Origin: Hyalangium minutum
GTDB taxonomy: Bacteria; Myxococcota; Myxococcia; Myxococcales; Myxococcaceae
Length of the DNA: 64,000 bases
Assembly (NCBI RefSeq): GCF_000737315.1
Contig: NZ_JMCB01000022.1
Location: 1-64,000, forward strand
Direction: 5' to 3'
Shown here: positions 36,595 through 45,863 of the stretch, one piece after another
How positions within the stretch are numbered: the stretch's first letter is position 1
Layout of the letters: each line of letters opens with the position of its first letter
Notes under the pieces: generated by a model
What the model saw: only the letters and a program-made list of their open reading frames with translations
The model's database searches: none
What the model was told of the DNA's origin: nothing
Program-made: the position numbers and the translations under genes

Positions 36595-37494
36595 TCAGCC
36601 CTCTGCCTCCATCCGGGCCGCTACCGCTGCCAGCCGGTTCTCCTCCGGCACCTGGAAGGAGCCCGGCTCCAGGCGCCCGTGATTGACCAGACACCGCGTG
36701 GCGCCCCCGCCCTTCTCGCACAGCTCGCTCAGGACGAAGCTCGTCACCTTCATCCCCAGACCCTCGACCAGGGCGCGTATCCGTTCCGGCAGGACGCTCG
36801 GAGCCAGCAGCTCCTTCCCGAGCGGCAAGCAATTGGTCGCATACGAGCGGATCTCATCCTTTGTCACAGTCACCAGCCGCTCGCGCCCAAAGCGCTTCTC
36901 CAGCAGCGCGTACGACGGCGGTGCAATGACCTCCGGACACACCAGCAGCCGATCCACGACGGACAGGGGCAACAGCGCCATGTTGCCGTGGAAGGCGGGC
37001 GCGAGCAGTTCCAAGCGCATCACCTCGCCTGGGAAGTAGCGCGTGGCGGCCTCCATCCCTTCCCGGGTCGTGCGGACGCCATGGAAGACGATCGTCACGC
37101 CGTCAAAGGTGGCCACATCCCCCTGGGCCTCCCAGATGCCCGCTCCCGGATCCACCACCTCCAGGCCCATGCGCCGCGCCAGCTGCCCCCAGTGCTCACG
37201 CTCACCGCGACGGTGAGGGCTGATCATCCGGGGTAACAGGAAGAGCGGAGCGGCGCCCGAGCGCGCCAGCATGAGGCCGCCCTCGGCTGCGTAGGGCAGA
37301 CCCGTGAGGTCCTCCGAGGGCGAGGGCAGTGCCACCACCACCCCACCGCGTGACTCCAGGGCCCGCGCGAAGATCAACCACTCGCGACGGGCCTGCTGCG
37401 CATCCACCGGAGGCGCATCCTTGCTGCGGAAGTTGGAGCGGCCCCGCAGCGTCCAGCCCCGCCCCGGCGGCGACATCAGGAAGAGATCGATCAT
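36595..37494 (-). CDS. Amidinotransferase / dimethylarginine dimethylaminohydrolase (pentein) family protein
   Basis: FLMSPP, HRRGE, WEAQGD, FHGNM and C-terminal KGGGATRC catalytic Cys motif. Confidence 0.85.
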   Translation of the reverse strand: MIDLFLMSPPGRGWTLRGRSNFRSKDAPPVDAQQARREWLIFARALESRGGVVVALPSPSEDLTGLPYAAEGGLMLARSGAAPLFLLPRMISPHRRGEREHWGQLARRMGLEVVDPGAGIWEAQGDVATFDGVTIVFHGVRTTREGMEAATRYFPGEVMRLELLAPAFHGNMALLPLSVVDRLLVCPEVIAPPSYALLEKRFGRERLVTVTKDEIRSYATNCLPLGKELLAPSVLPERIRALVEGLGMKVTSFVLSELCEKGGGATRCLVNHGRLEPGSFQVPEENRLAAVAARMEAEG

Positions 37495-37615
37495 CGTTCC
37501 TGCCTCTGCGGTATGGGTTTCAACTCACCCCTGGAAAACCCCAAGAATCCTCTAGCCCCGAGACTCCTTCCCAATCCGTTGTATGTCCAGCCATCCCCCG
37601 AACAAGGAAGGATGA

Positions 37616-40600
37616 ATGATGCGAGTAAAACAACTGCTAGCACCGCTCTTGGTTGTGCTCGTGCTGCAGGCGCAGACCGCCCAGGGGGCGATTGCCGCCG
37701 CGCACGTCTACCACAACCACATGCCCAACTTCTGGCCGTACTACGACGTGACGCGGTACGCCGCGACGCCCGTCGGGAGTCCCATCCGCTACGCGTATGA
37801 CGGCCAGGTCATCAACCTGAAGCAGAGCCCGCCCTCGAACTACACCTACTTCCTGCCATCGGGCGCGCCCATGCCGCACGATGACCTCGTCACCTACTAC
37901 TCGCACAACGCGAAGACGGGCGCGTACCTGTACTGGCCTCCGGCCGTCGCGTCGGACATGAGCTCCAACGCGAACACCGGGCAGGTCCACGTGACCATGT
38001 CCGGCGCCGTGGTGAACAACGTGCAGGATCTCACCACGCTGCAGAACGTGCCGGGTTACAACAACACCTCGTGGGGCACCTCGTGGAGGGACAAGTACAA
38101 CACGCTGCGCACGCCCGCGGGCAACCGGACGCTGGACCTCATCCACTTCACCGGCCACCACTCCATGGGTCCGCTGGTGGGCCCGGACTACTTCCTCAAG
38201 GACCTCATCTACCAGAGCGCCACCCTGGCGCAGCCGTACTTCCTGGGCAGTGATTTCCGCTCGTCCAAGGGCTTCTTCCCCACCGAGCTGGGCTTCTCCG
38301 AGCGCATCATCCCCACGCTGGCGAAGCTCGGCATCCAGTGGTCCGTCATCGGTGACAACCACTTCTCGCGCACCCTCAAGGACTACCCGTTCTTGAATGA
38401 TCCGGGCTCGGACACGCTCGTGTCTCCGCCCAACCGCGCGGATCTTCAGAACACCAGCAACGTGGGAAGTTGGGTCAGCCTGCAGATGGCGCATGAGCAG
38501 CAGACCATCCGCAACAAGTACCCGTTTGCCTCCACGCCGCACTGGGTGCGCTACGTGGACCCGGCCACCGGCACCGAGTCGCGCGTGGTGGGCATCCCCG
38601 TGAACCAGAACGGCTCGTGGGAAGAAGGCTGGGAGGGCCAGGTCACCGTGGGTGTGGTGGGTCTCCAGAACTTCGAGGGTCTGGTGCCGCAGAAGCAGTT
38701 CTTCGTCATCGCCCATGACGGCGACAACTCGGGCGGCCGCGCGGGCTCGGATTCCACCTGGTACAACGGCCGCAGCGTCACCTGCACTGCGGGCGTGCAG
38801 TGCCTGGGCATCAGCGAGTACCTCGTCAGCAACACGCCGGCCACCACGGATGTCGTCCACGTGCAGGATGGCTCGTGGGTGGATACGCGCGACTCCTCGT
38901 CGGATCCGCAGTGGCACCACTGGAAGCTGCCGTTCGGCATCTGGAAGGGCCAGTTCCCCGCGTTCAACTCGGCCACGGGCCTGAACCTCGCTCCGAAGAC
39001 GAACCTCAGCGGCGTCCAGGAGGGGATGACTGTCTCCTTCGAGCACGGGTGGCACTACCTGGAGCGCAACTTCGCTCTGCTCCAGGCCGCCCTCAACTAC
39101 GCCAAGACCGCCGAGCAGATCTGGCTGGATGACCACCCCAACCACTGGCAGCCCACCACCACCGTGGACAACCAGATCACCCACCCGGGCAACCAGCTCA
39201 ACCCGTGGATGATGTCCTTCCCCGTCAAGGGCAACCCCAGCAGCGATTGGGCCGGCGGTGCCAACCCCGCCGAGCTCGCCTGGTACTTCCTGCTGCCCGC
39301 CATGGACTCGGGCTTCGGCTACTACGACGAGAACCAGGACGACAACGTCAAGCCCACGCTGTCCTTCAACCAGTCGCTCTACTTCGCCAAGCCGTATGTG
39401 CAGGACCGCGTCACCCAGGACCGCACCGGCCCGTCCGTGTGGTGGCCGCAGCGCTGGCCCTACAACCCCGGCAGCGCCAACACCGACAAATCCGAGGGCT
39501 GGACGCTCCACCACTTCAACAACACCTTCGCCATCTACACCTACGCCTATGACGTGAGCGGCCTGTACAACATCAAGGTCCGCATCCGCACGCACGCCAA
39601 CAAGAGCATCGACCCACTCGACAACACCCACAAGGTGTATGACCCAGCCGCGCGCAAGGCCGCTGGCGTGCCCAACATCGACACCACCCGCGTGAGCGCC
39701 TGGGTGGACTACCCGATGAACAAGCGCGACCTGAAGCCGGTGATCAACGGCGTCTCCTGGCAGCCCGCCTACCTGCCCGTCATGGCGAAGGTGCCCGCGC
39801 AGGAGATCGGTGACCTCTACTACACGTACCTCGGCAACTACCGCGACCAGCTCATCGACTACTACATCGAGGCCACCGACACGCGGGGCAATGTCACCCG
39901 CAGCGAGATCCAGTCCGTCTACGTCGGCGCGGGCACGTACACCCTCACGGGCGGCAAGTACGTCGAAGACATCAACGGCACCGTCCAGGGCACCCACCCG
40001 TTCCTCGTCGTGGACACCACTGTGCCCTCCGCGCCCACTGGGCTGGCGGCAGCCACCGTGACGGATCGCTCCGTGAAGCTCACGTGGAACGCAGCCTCGG
40101 ACAACGTGGGCGTCACGGGCTACACCGTGTTCCGCGGCGGTACGCAGGCCGGCACGAGCACCTCCACCAGCTACACCGACAGCGGGCTCACCGCGAGCAC
40201 CGCGTACAGCTACACCGTGAAGGCGCGCGATGCTGCGGGCAATCTCTCCGCAGCCAGCGCAACCCTGAACGTCACCACCCAGGCGCCGGACACCACCGCG
40301 CCCTCCGCACCCACGGGGCTGGCGGCCGCGGGCGTGACGAGCTCCTCGGCCACGCTGAGCTGGACGGCCGCCACCGACAACTACGGCGTTGCGGGCTACT
40401 ACGTGTATCGGAATGGGACGCAGATCGCCGCCCCGACTGCAACGAGCTACACGGACAGCAGCCTGTCTCCGAGCACCCCGTACAGCTACACCGTGAAGGC
40501 GGCAGATGCGGCGGGGAACCTCTCGGCGGCCAGCTCGGCCGTGAGCGTCACCACCGGCGCCGGTAACGCCAGCACCGTGTATTACAAGAAGGGCTTCACC

Positions 40601-41971
40601 ACACCGTACCTCCACTACCGCCCGGCGGGTGGCACGTGGACGACTGCGCCCGGCGTCGCCATGCCGGACTCGGAGGTCGCGGGCTACGCGAAATACACCG
40701 TGAACCTGGGCGCAGCCACGCAGCTCGAGGCGGACTTCAACAACGGCAGCGGCACCTGGGACAGCAACAACGGCTCCAACTACTTCTTCGCCACCGGCAC
40801 CTCCACCTTCAACGCGGGCACCATCACCTCGGGCGCCCCTGTGGTCGATACGACGGCCCCCTCCGCTCCTTCCAACCTCGCCTCGCCGTCGAAGACTCCC
40901 AACTCCGTGACGCTCTCGTGGACGGCCTCCACGGATGACTTCGGCGTGACGGGCTACCTCATCTTCCGCGGCAGCACGCAGGTGGGCACGAGCACCTCCA
41001 CCAGCTTCACGGACAACGGGCTGGCCTCGAGCACCACGTACAGCTACACCGTGAAGGCCCGGGATGCCGCAGGCAACACGTCGGCAGCCAGCACAGCGCT
41101 GAGCGTCACCACCAGCTCGGGCAGCTCTGTCACCGTCTATTACAAGAAGGGCTTCACCACCCCGTACATCCACTACCGCCCCGCAGGCGGCACGTGGACG
41201 ACCGCTCCCGGTGTGCTCATGCCGGATGCAGAGGTCGCCGGTTATGCCAAGTACACGGTGAGCCTGGGCTCCGCCACGCAGCTCGAGTGCGACTTCAACA
41301 ACGGCAGCGGCACCTGGGACAACAACGGCGGCCTGAACTACTTCATCCCCGCCGGCATCCAGACCTTCAATGCGGGCACCCTCACCGCGGGCGCTCCGTC
41401 CACGGATGTGTCCTCGCCTGCTGCCCCCACCGGTCTGGCGGTGTCATCCACGACGTCCACCGCCGTCTCGCTCACCTGGAACGCGGTGACCGACCCCAGC
41501 GGCATCGCGGGCTACAACGTGTATCGCGGAGGCACGCTGGTGGGCTCGCCCACCTCGACCAGCTACACCGATACCGGCCTCACGGCGGGCACGGCCTATA
41601 GCTACACCGTGAAGGCGCGGGACACCGTGGGCAACCTCTCGGCTGCCAGCGCCGCCCTGAGCGTCACGACGAGCTCTACCGGCGCCACCGTCACCTTCAA
41701 TGAGACGGCCAGCACCGCGATGGGCCAGAACATCTACGTCGTCGGCAGCATCGCGGCGCTCGGGAGCTGGAGCACGGGCTCGGCCATCCAGCTGTCGCCG
41801 GCCAACTACCCGACGTGGAGCGTGGCGGTGAGCCTGCCCGGCTCGACGGCCTTCGAGTACAAGTACATCAAGAAGGACGGCAGCGGGAACGTCATCTGGG
41901 AGAGCGGCGCCAACCGCGTCTACACCACTCCCTCGACAGGCACCGCGACGCTCAACGATACCTGGAAGTAG
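37616..41971 (+). CDS. Secreted multi-module alpha-amylase-like glycoside hydrolase (GH119/GH57-like) with four FN3, two CBM25-like and one CBM20 modules
   Basis: Signal peptide; HNHMP and FFPTELGFS motifs; FN3 repeats (W...DN.GV.GY.V.R); YYKKGFTTPY.HYRPAGGTW twice; C-terminal CBM20 (GQNIYVVGS, EYKYIKK, WESGANR). Confidence 0.85.
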   Translation: MMRVKQLLAPLLVVLVLQAQTAQGAIAAAHVYHNHMPNFWPYYDVTRYAATPVGSPIRYAYDGQVINLKQSPPSNYTYFLPSGAPMPHDDLVTYYSHNAKTGAYLYWPPAVASDMSSNANTGQVHVTMSGAVVNNVQDLTTLQNVPGYNNTSWGTSWRDKYNTLRTPAGNRTLDLIHFTGHHSMGPLVGPDYFLKDLIYQSATLAQPYFLGSDFRSSKGFFPTELGFSERIIPTLAKLGIQWSVIGDNHFSRTLKDYPFLNDPGSDTLVSPPNRADLQNTSNVGSWVSLQMAHEQQTIRNKYPFASTPHWVRYVDPATGTESRVVGIPVNQNGSWEEGWEGQVTVGVVGLQNFEGLVPQKQFFVIAHDGDNSGGRAGSDSTWYNGRSVTCTAGVQCLGISEYLVSNTPATTDVVHVQDGSWVDTRDSSSDPQWHHWKLPFGIWKGQFPAFNSATGLNLAPKTNLSGVQEGMTVSFEHGWHYLERNFALLQAALNYAKTAEQIWLDDHPNHWQPTTTVDNQITHPGNQLNPWMMSFPVKGNPSSDWAGGANPAELAWYFLLPAMDSGFGYYDENQDDNVKPTLSFNQSLYFAKPYVQDRVTQDRTGPSVWWPQRWPYNPGSANTDKSEGWTLHHFNNTFAIYTYAYDVSGLYNIKVRIRTHANKSIDPLDNTHKVYDPAARKAAGVPNIDTTRVSAWVDYPMNKRDLKPVINGVSWQPAYLPVMAKVPAQEIGDLYYTYLGNYRDQLIDYYIEATDTRGNVTRSEIQSVYVGAGTYTLTGGKYVEDINGTVQGTHPFLVVDTTVPSAPTGLAAATVTDRSVKLTWNAASDNVGVTGYTVFRGGTQAGTSTSTSYTDSGLTASTAYSYTVKARDAAGNLSAASATLNVTTQAPDTTAPSAPTGLAAAGVTSSSATLSWTAATDNYGVAGYYVYRNGTQIAAPTATSYTDSSLSPSTPYSYTVKAADAAGNLSAASSAVSVTTGAGNASTVYYKKGFTTPYLHYRPAGGTWTTAPGVAMPDSEVAGYAKYTVNLGAATQLEADFNNGSGTWDSNNGSNYFFATGTSTFNAGTITSGAPVVDTTAPSAPSNLASPSKTPNSVTLSWTASTDDFGVTGYLIFRGSTQVGTSTSTSFTDNGLASSTTYSYTVKARDAAGNTSAASTALSVTTSSGSSVTVYYKKGFTTPYIHYRPAGGTWTTAPGVLMPDAEVAGYAKYTVSLGSATQLECDFNNGSGTWDNNGGLNYFIPAGIQTFNAGTLTAGAPSTDVSSPAAPTGLAVSSTTSTAVSLTWNAVTDPSGIAGYNVYRGGTLVGSPTSTSYTDTGLTAGTAYSYTVKARDTVGNLSAASAALSVTTSSTGATVTFNETASTAMGQNIYVVGSIAALGSWSTGSAIQLSPANYPTWSVAVSLPGSTAFEYKYIKKDGSGNVIWESGANRVYTTPSTGTATLNDTWK

Positions 41972-41981
41972 CTCCGGCCCG

Positions 41982-42017
41982 GCTCCGGCGCGAGGAATGT
42001 TCACCTCGTGCCGGGGC
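41982..42017 (+). terminator. GC-rich hairpin after the amylase gene
   Basis: GCTCCGGCGCGAGG pairs with CCTCGTGCCGGGGC (two G-U pairs), 8-nt loop; no U-tract. Confidence 0.4.
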
Positions 42018-42058
42018 AGCCGTTGGCGGTTCGATTGAGTGGCCTTAAAATAGAGAGC

Positions 42059-42289
42059 ATGAACGCACTCAAGGCCCGAGTCACCCAAGGTCGGTTGGTC
42101 GTCGAGGAGCCTGTGGAGTTCCCAGAGGGTACCGTCCTCGAGTTGGCCATCGTGGACCCGGGAGACGACCTTGATGAGGCCGAGCGTGCGGACCTTCACT
42201 CAGCTCTTTCCAAGGGGTGGGAGAGCGTGAAGGCTGGCAAGGGACGGCCTGCCGAGGAGCTGATTCAGAAGCTCCGTTCCCGGAAATGA
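42059..42289 (+). CDS. Putative type II antitoxin (76 aa)
   Basis: ATG 42059; MNALKARVTQGRLVVEEPVEFPEGT, acidic core; ATGA overlap with a RelE/ParE-like gene. Confidence 0.7.
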   Translation: MNALKARVTQGRLVVEEPVEFPEGTVLELAIVDPGDDLDEAERADLHSALSKGWESVKAGKGRPAEELIQKLRSRK

Positions 42290-42600
42290 AGGCACATGTC
42301 GTCGTCCAACCTGAGGCAGACGAACAGGCGCTGGTGATTGATAGCTGGTGGCGCGAGAACCGTCTTGCGGCCCCGGATCTCTTCGCCAATGAGTTAACAG
42401 CCGCACTGGGCTTACTGGCTGACGCTCCTGGTGTCGGGCGCCGCTATTCTGCCCAAGGGCTCCCAGGACTCCGAAGATTGATGCTCCCGGCGTCGCGCTA
42501 TCACGTCTACTACGTGCATGATCCTGAAGCAGGGATCGTACATGTGATCGCCATCTGGAGCGCCGTGCGCGGAAAAGGGCCTTCTCTCCGCCGGCCTTGA
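42286..42600 (+). CDS. RelE/ParE family toxin (104 aa)
   Basis: VVVQPEADEQ..., LLADAPGVGR, LRRLML, YHVYY and VHVIAIW match the RelE/ParE pattern. Confidence 0.8.
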   Translation: MKAHVVVQPEADEQALVIDSWWRENRLAAPDLFANELTAALGLLADAPGVGRRYSAQGLPGLRRLMLPASRYHVYYVHDPEAGIVHVIAIWSAVRGKGPSLRRP

Positions 42601-42695
42601 GTTCGCTCGGCCCTGAAGCGGGCAGTGCACGCTGACAGACCCTCCGTGCATTCGAGGCTGGCCTCGCGCTTGCGTCTCGGTGAGGCTCTGGGTGC

Positions 42696-44402
42696 GTGGA
42701 CGAGACGAAACTGCCTGACCCCGAGGATCTTCAGCCCCTGATCTCCGCAGCCCTCGCGCTGCCGGCGCTCCAGCCTCACGCCGCACGCCTGGAGCGGCTG
42801 CGTCAGGACTACGCCCGAGGCGTTGCTCAGAAAGATGCGCCCCTCTCTGTCGCCCTCGTGGGCGCCACTGGCGCGGGCAAGTCCACCCTGCTCAATGCCC
42901 TCGCTGGGCAGCACCTGGCTCGCGAGGGCGAGAACCGCCCCACCAGCACCACCGCCACCGTCTTTGCTCCCGCTGGCGCGGACTTGGATGCGCTCTCTCG
43001 CGTGGGCGCCAGCGTGACGCGCTACACCGCCACGCCCCACGGAGTCTGGGGCGGGCAGATCTTCATCGACACGCCGGACCTCAACAGCGTCGCCACCACT
43101 CACCGCGAGGTGGCTCGCGCCGCACTCGAGTTGGCGGATGTGGCCCTCGTCGTCATGCACCGCGGCAGTGTGGCCGAGGCCACCCAGGTGGAGTTCCTCG
43201 CCGAGTTCGCCCGCCGCCGCGCCCTCGTATTCCTCATCAACTTCGCGGATGAGCTGTCCGCCGACTCTCGCGAGTCCCTCAAGGCCCAGGCTCGCAAGCT
43301 CGCCTCGGAGCAGTTCGGCCTGCCTCAGGAATCCATCCCCACCTTCGCCATCAGCGCCCGCGCCGCTCGCGAGGGCAAGGACCCCTCGGGCGAGTTCGGC
43401 GCCTTCCTCTTCCACCTGCGCGAGCTCGCCTCTCAGGCGGTGGCCGCTCGCGTGCGCCGGGGCAATGCGCTGGGTGCGCTGGAAGAGCTGGCCACCCGCG
43501 TAGACACCGCGCTCCAGGAGACCGAAGGCCTGCTGGCTCGCACCCGGACTGCTCTGGAAGCAGGCATCAGCCGGACCAGTGAGGGACTCCGCAAGGACTT
43601 CGACTCACGCTTGGAGCTGGCTCACGGGCACCTCGCCTCAGAGGTCCGCAGGCAGGCGGCGGGCCGATTCTGGGGGCCCGCGGCGTGGGGGCTGCGCCTC
43701 TCGTTCTGGGGTGCTGGAGGCATGGGCGCGGCGACGCTGCTCGCCCGCCGCAGCCTCCCTGTGGGACTGGCGGTCGCGGCCGCCTCCACCGCGCTCGACG
43801 TGGTGCGCGACAAGACTCGCGCACGCGCCGCCGAGGTCGCCGTCGTGGAGCCCTTCGAGGATGATCTCGCCGTGGAGTCCGCCGCACGCGCCGCGCTCAC
43901 CGAGGCACGCACCGTCGCTCACACGAGCGGGCTGCCTCCGGAAACTCTCGGCATCCCTGACACGGACACGCTCCTCGTGGAGCTTCAGTCCGTCCGCTCC
44001 AGCACGTGGCGCTACACCGCCACCACGGCTGTCGCGGAGGCGGTGTCGACCTGGTGGCGCGTGGCAAGGTGGCTGGTGCTGCCGCTCATCAACCTGCCCC
44101 TCTTCGCACTGCTGGGGCACGTGGGCTACCGCGTCGTCCGCGCGTACCTCGAGGGCCCGCTGTTGACGATGGAGTACTTCGTCAACGCGGGCGCGCTCTT
44201 CCTGCTGCTCGCGGCCGGCGGCGCGCTGCTCGCCTCAGCGAGTCTCTCGGGCGCTGGCCGAGCTGTTCACCGGGCTGGCCGGACGCGGTTTACGGAGGCC
44301 CTCGCCGCCCAGAGCGGGAGGCTCGGAGAAGCCGTCGAGAACAGCCTTCGCTCCGGGCGGGATGCTGCTCGGAGACTTCTGGGCCTCATCCGCGGCCGGT
44401 GA
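42696..44402 (+). CDS. Dynamin-like / YfjP-type GTPase (second copy)
   Basis: G1 GATGAGKS, G3 DTPD, C-terminal TM pairs. Confidence 0.85.
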   Translation: MDETKLPDPEDLQPLISAALALPALQPHAARLERLRQDYARGVAQKDAPLSVALVGATGAGKSTLLNALAGQHLAREGENRPTSTTATVFAPAGADLDALSRVGASVTRYTATPHGVWGGQIFIDTPDLNSVATTHREVARAALELADVALVVMHRGSVAEATQVEFLAEFARRRALVFLINFADELSADSRESLKAQARKLASEQFGLPQESIPTFAISARAAREGKDPSGEFGAFLFHLRELASQAVAARVRRGNALGALEELATRVDTALQETEGLLARTRTALEAGISRTSEGLRKDFDSRLELAHGHLASEVRRQAAGRFWGPAAWGLRLSFWGAGGMGAATLLARRSLPVGLAVAAASTALDVVRDKTRARAAEVAVVEPFEDDLAVESAARAALTEARTVAHTSGLPPETLGIPDTDTLLVELQSVRSSTWRYTATTAVAEAVSTWWRVARWLVLPLINLPLFALLGHVGYRVVRAYLEGPLLTMEYFVNAGALFLLLAAGGALLASASLSGAGRAVHRAGRTRFTEALAAQSGRLGEAVENSLRSGRDAARRLLGLIRGR

Positions 44403-45011
44403 CAGCGACACCATCGCCTCGCCCGCGCGCGACGGCTGCTGCGCCGCCATCAGGCTGTCTTGCGAATCGCGGCACACCGGCGCCGCGATGCGCGTGTCGC
44501 GCACCGGATCACCGTAGCCCACGATGCGCGCCGGCACGGAGGGGTTGTTCCAGCCCCGGCCCGTCTCCGTCGCCACCTTGAAGTGCAGGTGCGGACCGCA
44601 CGACCAGCCCGTCGCACCCGAGAAGCCGAGCAGCTGGCCCTGCTTCACGCGCTCGCCGGGCTTCACCACCACCGCGCTGAAGTGGAGGTACTGCGTCTCC
44701 AGTCCATCGCCGTGAGAGAGGACGACATAGTTGGCCTTGGGCGCGAACTTCTCGTCACAGCCGCCCTCGGTGCTATCGCCGCGCGCCATGCGCACCATCC
44801 CGTCGCGAGCCGCAACGATGGGCGTGCCCTCGGGCATGCGAAAATCCCAAGCGTACGTATCGTTGTACTTGTGACTCCCCGTGTCGTGACCTTGGCTCAC
44901 CGTATAGATGCGGCCACAGGCAAACGGGACACCCACTTCAGGCATGTCCACCACGGTGTTGGGGGAGACCACCGGAACCGACGCAAGAACCAGCAGGGTG
45001 GGAATGATCAT
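44235..45011 (-). CDS. M23 family metallopeptidase
   Basis: Signal peptide; HxxxD (H...AWDF), YLHF, GPHLHF; low-complexity tail overlaps the GTPase 3' end. Confidence 0.88.
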   Translation of the reverse strand: MIIPTLLVLASVPVVSPNTVVDMPEVGVPFACGRIYTVSQGHDTGSHKYNDTYAWDFRMPEGTPIVAARDGMVRMARGDSTEGGCDEKFAPKANYVVLSHGDGLETQYLHFSAVVVKPGERVKQGQLLGFSGATGWSCGPHLHFKVATETGRGWNNPSVPARIVGYGDPVRDTRIAAPVCRDSQDSLMAAQQPSRAGEAMVSLSPAADEAQKSPSSIPPGAKAVLDGFSEPPALGGEGLRKPRPASPVNSSASARETR

Positions 45012-45146
45012 GGTTGGGGCCGCCTCTCAACGGAGAGATCCGCGCGCGAAATTCCGTGACGATTTTCCCCTCACAGCCTGTCCAGTGCATCGCCTGCACG
45101 CCGAGCCCCTGCCCCCTCGGCTGCTTCGCCCCGCACCCGCCTCATG

Positions 45147-45164
45147 AGTGACTGACTGGTCACT
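45147..45164. promoter_or_regulatory. Palindromic TetR operator candidate
   Basis: AGTGAC-TGACTG-GTCACT, 28 nt upstream of the TetR ATG. Confidence 0.6.
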
Positions 45165-45192
45165 TTTTAAGTCCTCTGTTACAAGGGGAGGC

Positions 45193-45852
45193 ATGGCACA
45201 GCGGAAGGCTCGCCAGGGGAACACGGCCCGTCCTCCTCGCAGGACGCAGGAGCAGCGGCGCGAGGAGACTCGCCGCCGCCTGCTCGATGCCACCATCACC
45301 GTGCTGGTGGAGCAGGGCTACGCCCAGCTGACCACCGTCGAGGTGGCCAAGCGGGCCGGCGTCTCCCAGGGTGCCATCTTCACGCACTTCGACACCAAGG
45401 CTGATCTGCTGTGTGCGTCCGTCGAGCACCTCTTTCCCCGGCTCATCCAGGACTACCTCACCGGGCTCGGGGGCCTGCCGAGCGGCCGGGATCGGATCAG
45501 CGCCGCCATCCAGATGCTCTGGGTGGTCTTCCAGCGTCCGGAGCTGCAGGCCGCCATCGAGCTCTACGTGGCCGCGCGCACCGACCCAGAGCTGCAAGCC
45601 GCCTTGGCCGCCATGGAGGGCCCCCACCGCGACAACCTGGTGCGCGTGGCGCGCGAGCTGTTCCCCGAGGCCGCCTCGCATCATGAGTTCGAGGCCGTCA
45701 TCGAGCTCGTCATTGACGCCGTGCAGGGAGGCGCCATCGCCCGCGTCGCCCGGCCGGACCATCCCGCCATCCAGCGGATGCTCAAGGTCCTCACCCGCTT
45801 CGTCCACCGCAGCTTTGCCCGAGGCCGGCCCCGCCTCCTCAAGAAAGCCTAA
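45193..45852 (+). CDS. TetR/AcrR family regulator
   Basis: TRRRLLDATITVLVEQGYAQLTTVEVAKRAGVSQGAIFTHFDTK; GGGGAGG RBS before ATG 45193. Confidence 0.92.
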   Translation: MAQRKARQGNTARPPRRTQEQRREETRRRLLDATITVLVEQGYAQLTTVEVAKRAGVSQGAIFTHFDTKADLLCASVEHLFPRLIQDYLTGLGGLPSGRDRISAAIQMLWVVFQRPELQAAIELYVAARTDPELQAALAAMEGPHRDNLVRVARELFPEAASHHEFEAVIELVIDAVQGGAIARVARPDHPAIQRMLKVLTRFVHRSFARGRPRLLKKA

Positions 45853-45863
45853 CGAGGTCTCCC

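Noticed and set aside
37637-41173. 1178-aa antisense ORF, and similar long shadow ORFs (8255..10672, 28909..30060, 46504..48288, 48321..49940, 59925..62159)
   Set aside because: They mirror well-supported genes on the opposite strand, an expected artefact of high GC3 codon bias, and have no domain motifs.
40000-41680. Long internal direct repeats suggesting a duplication or assembly artefact
   Set aside because: They correspond to diverged FN3 and CBM modules within one intact ORF.
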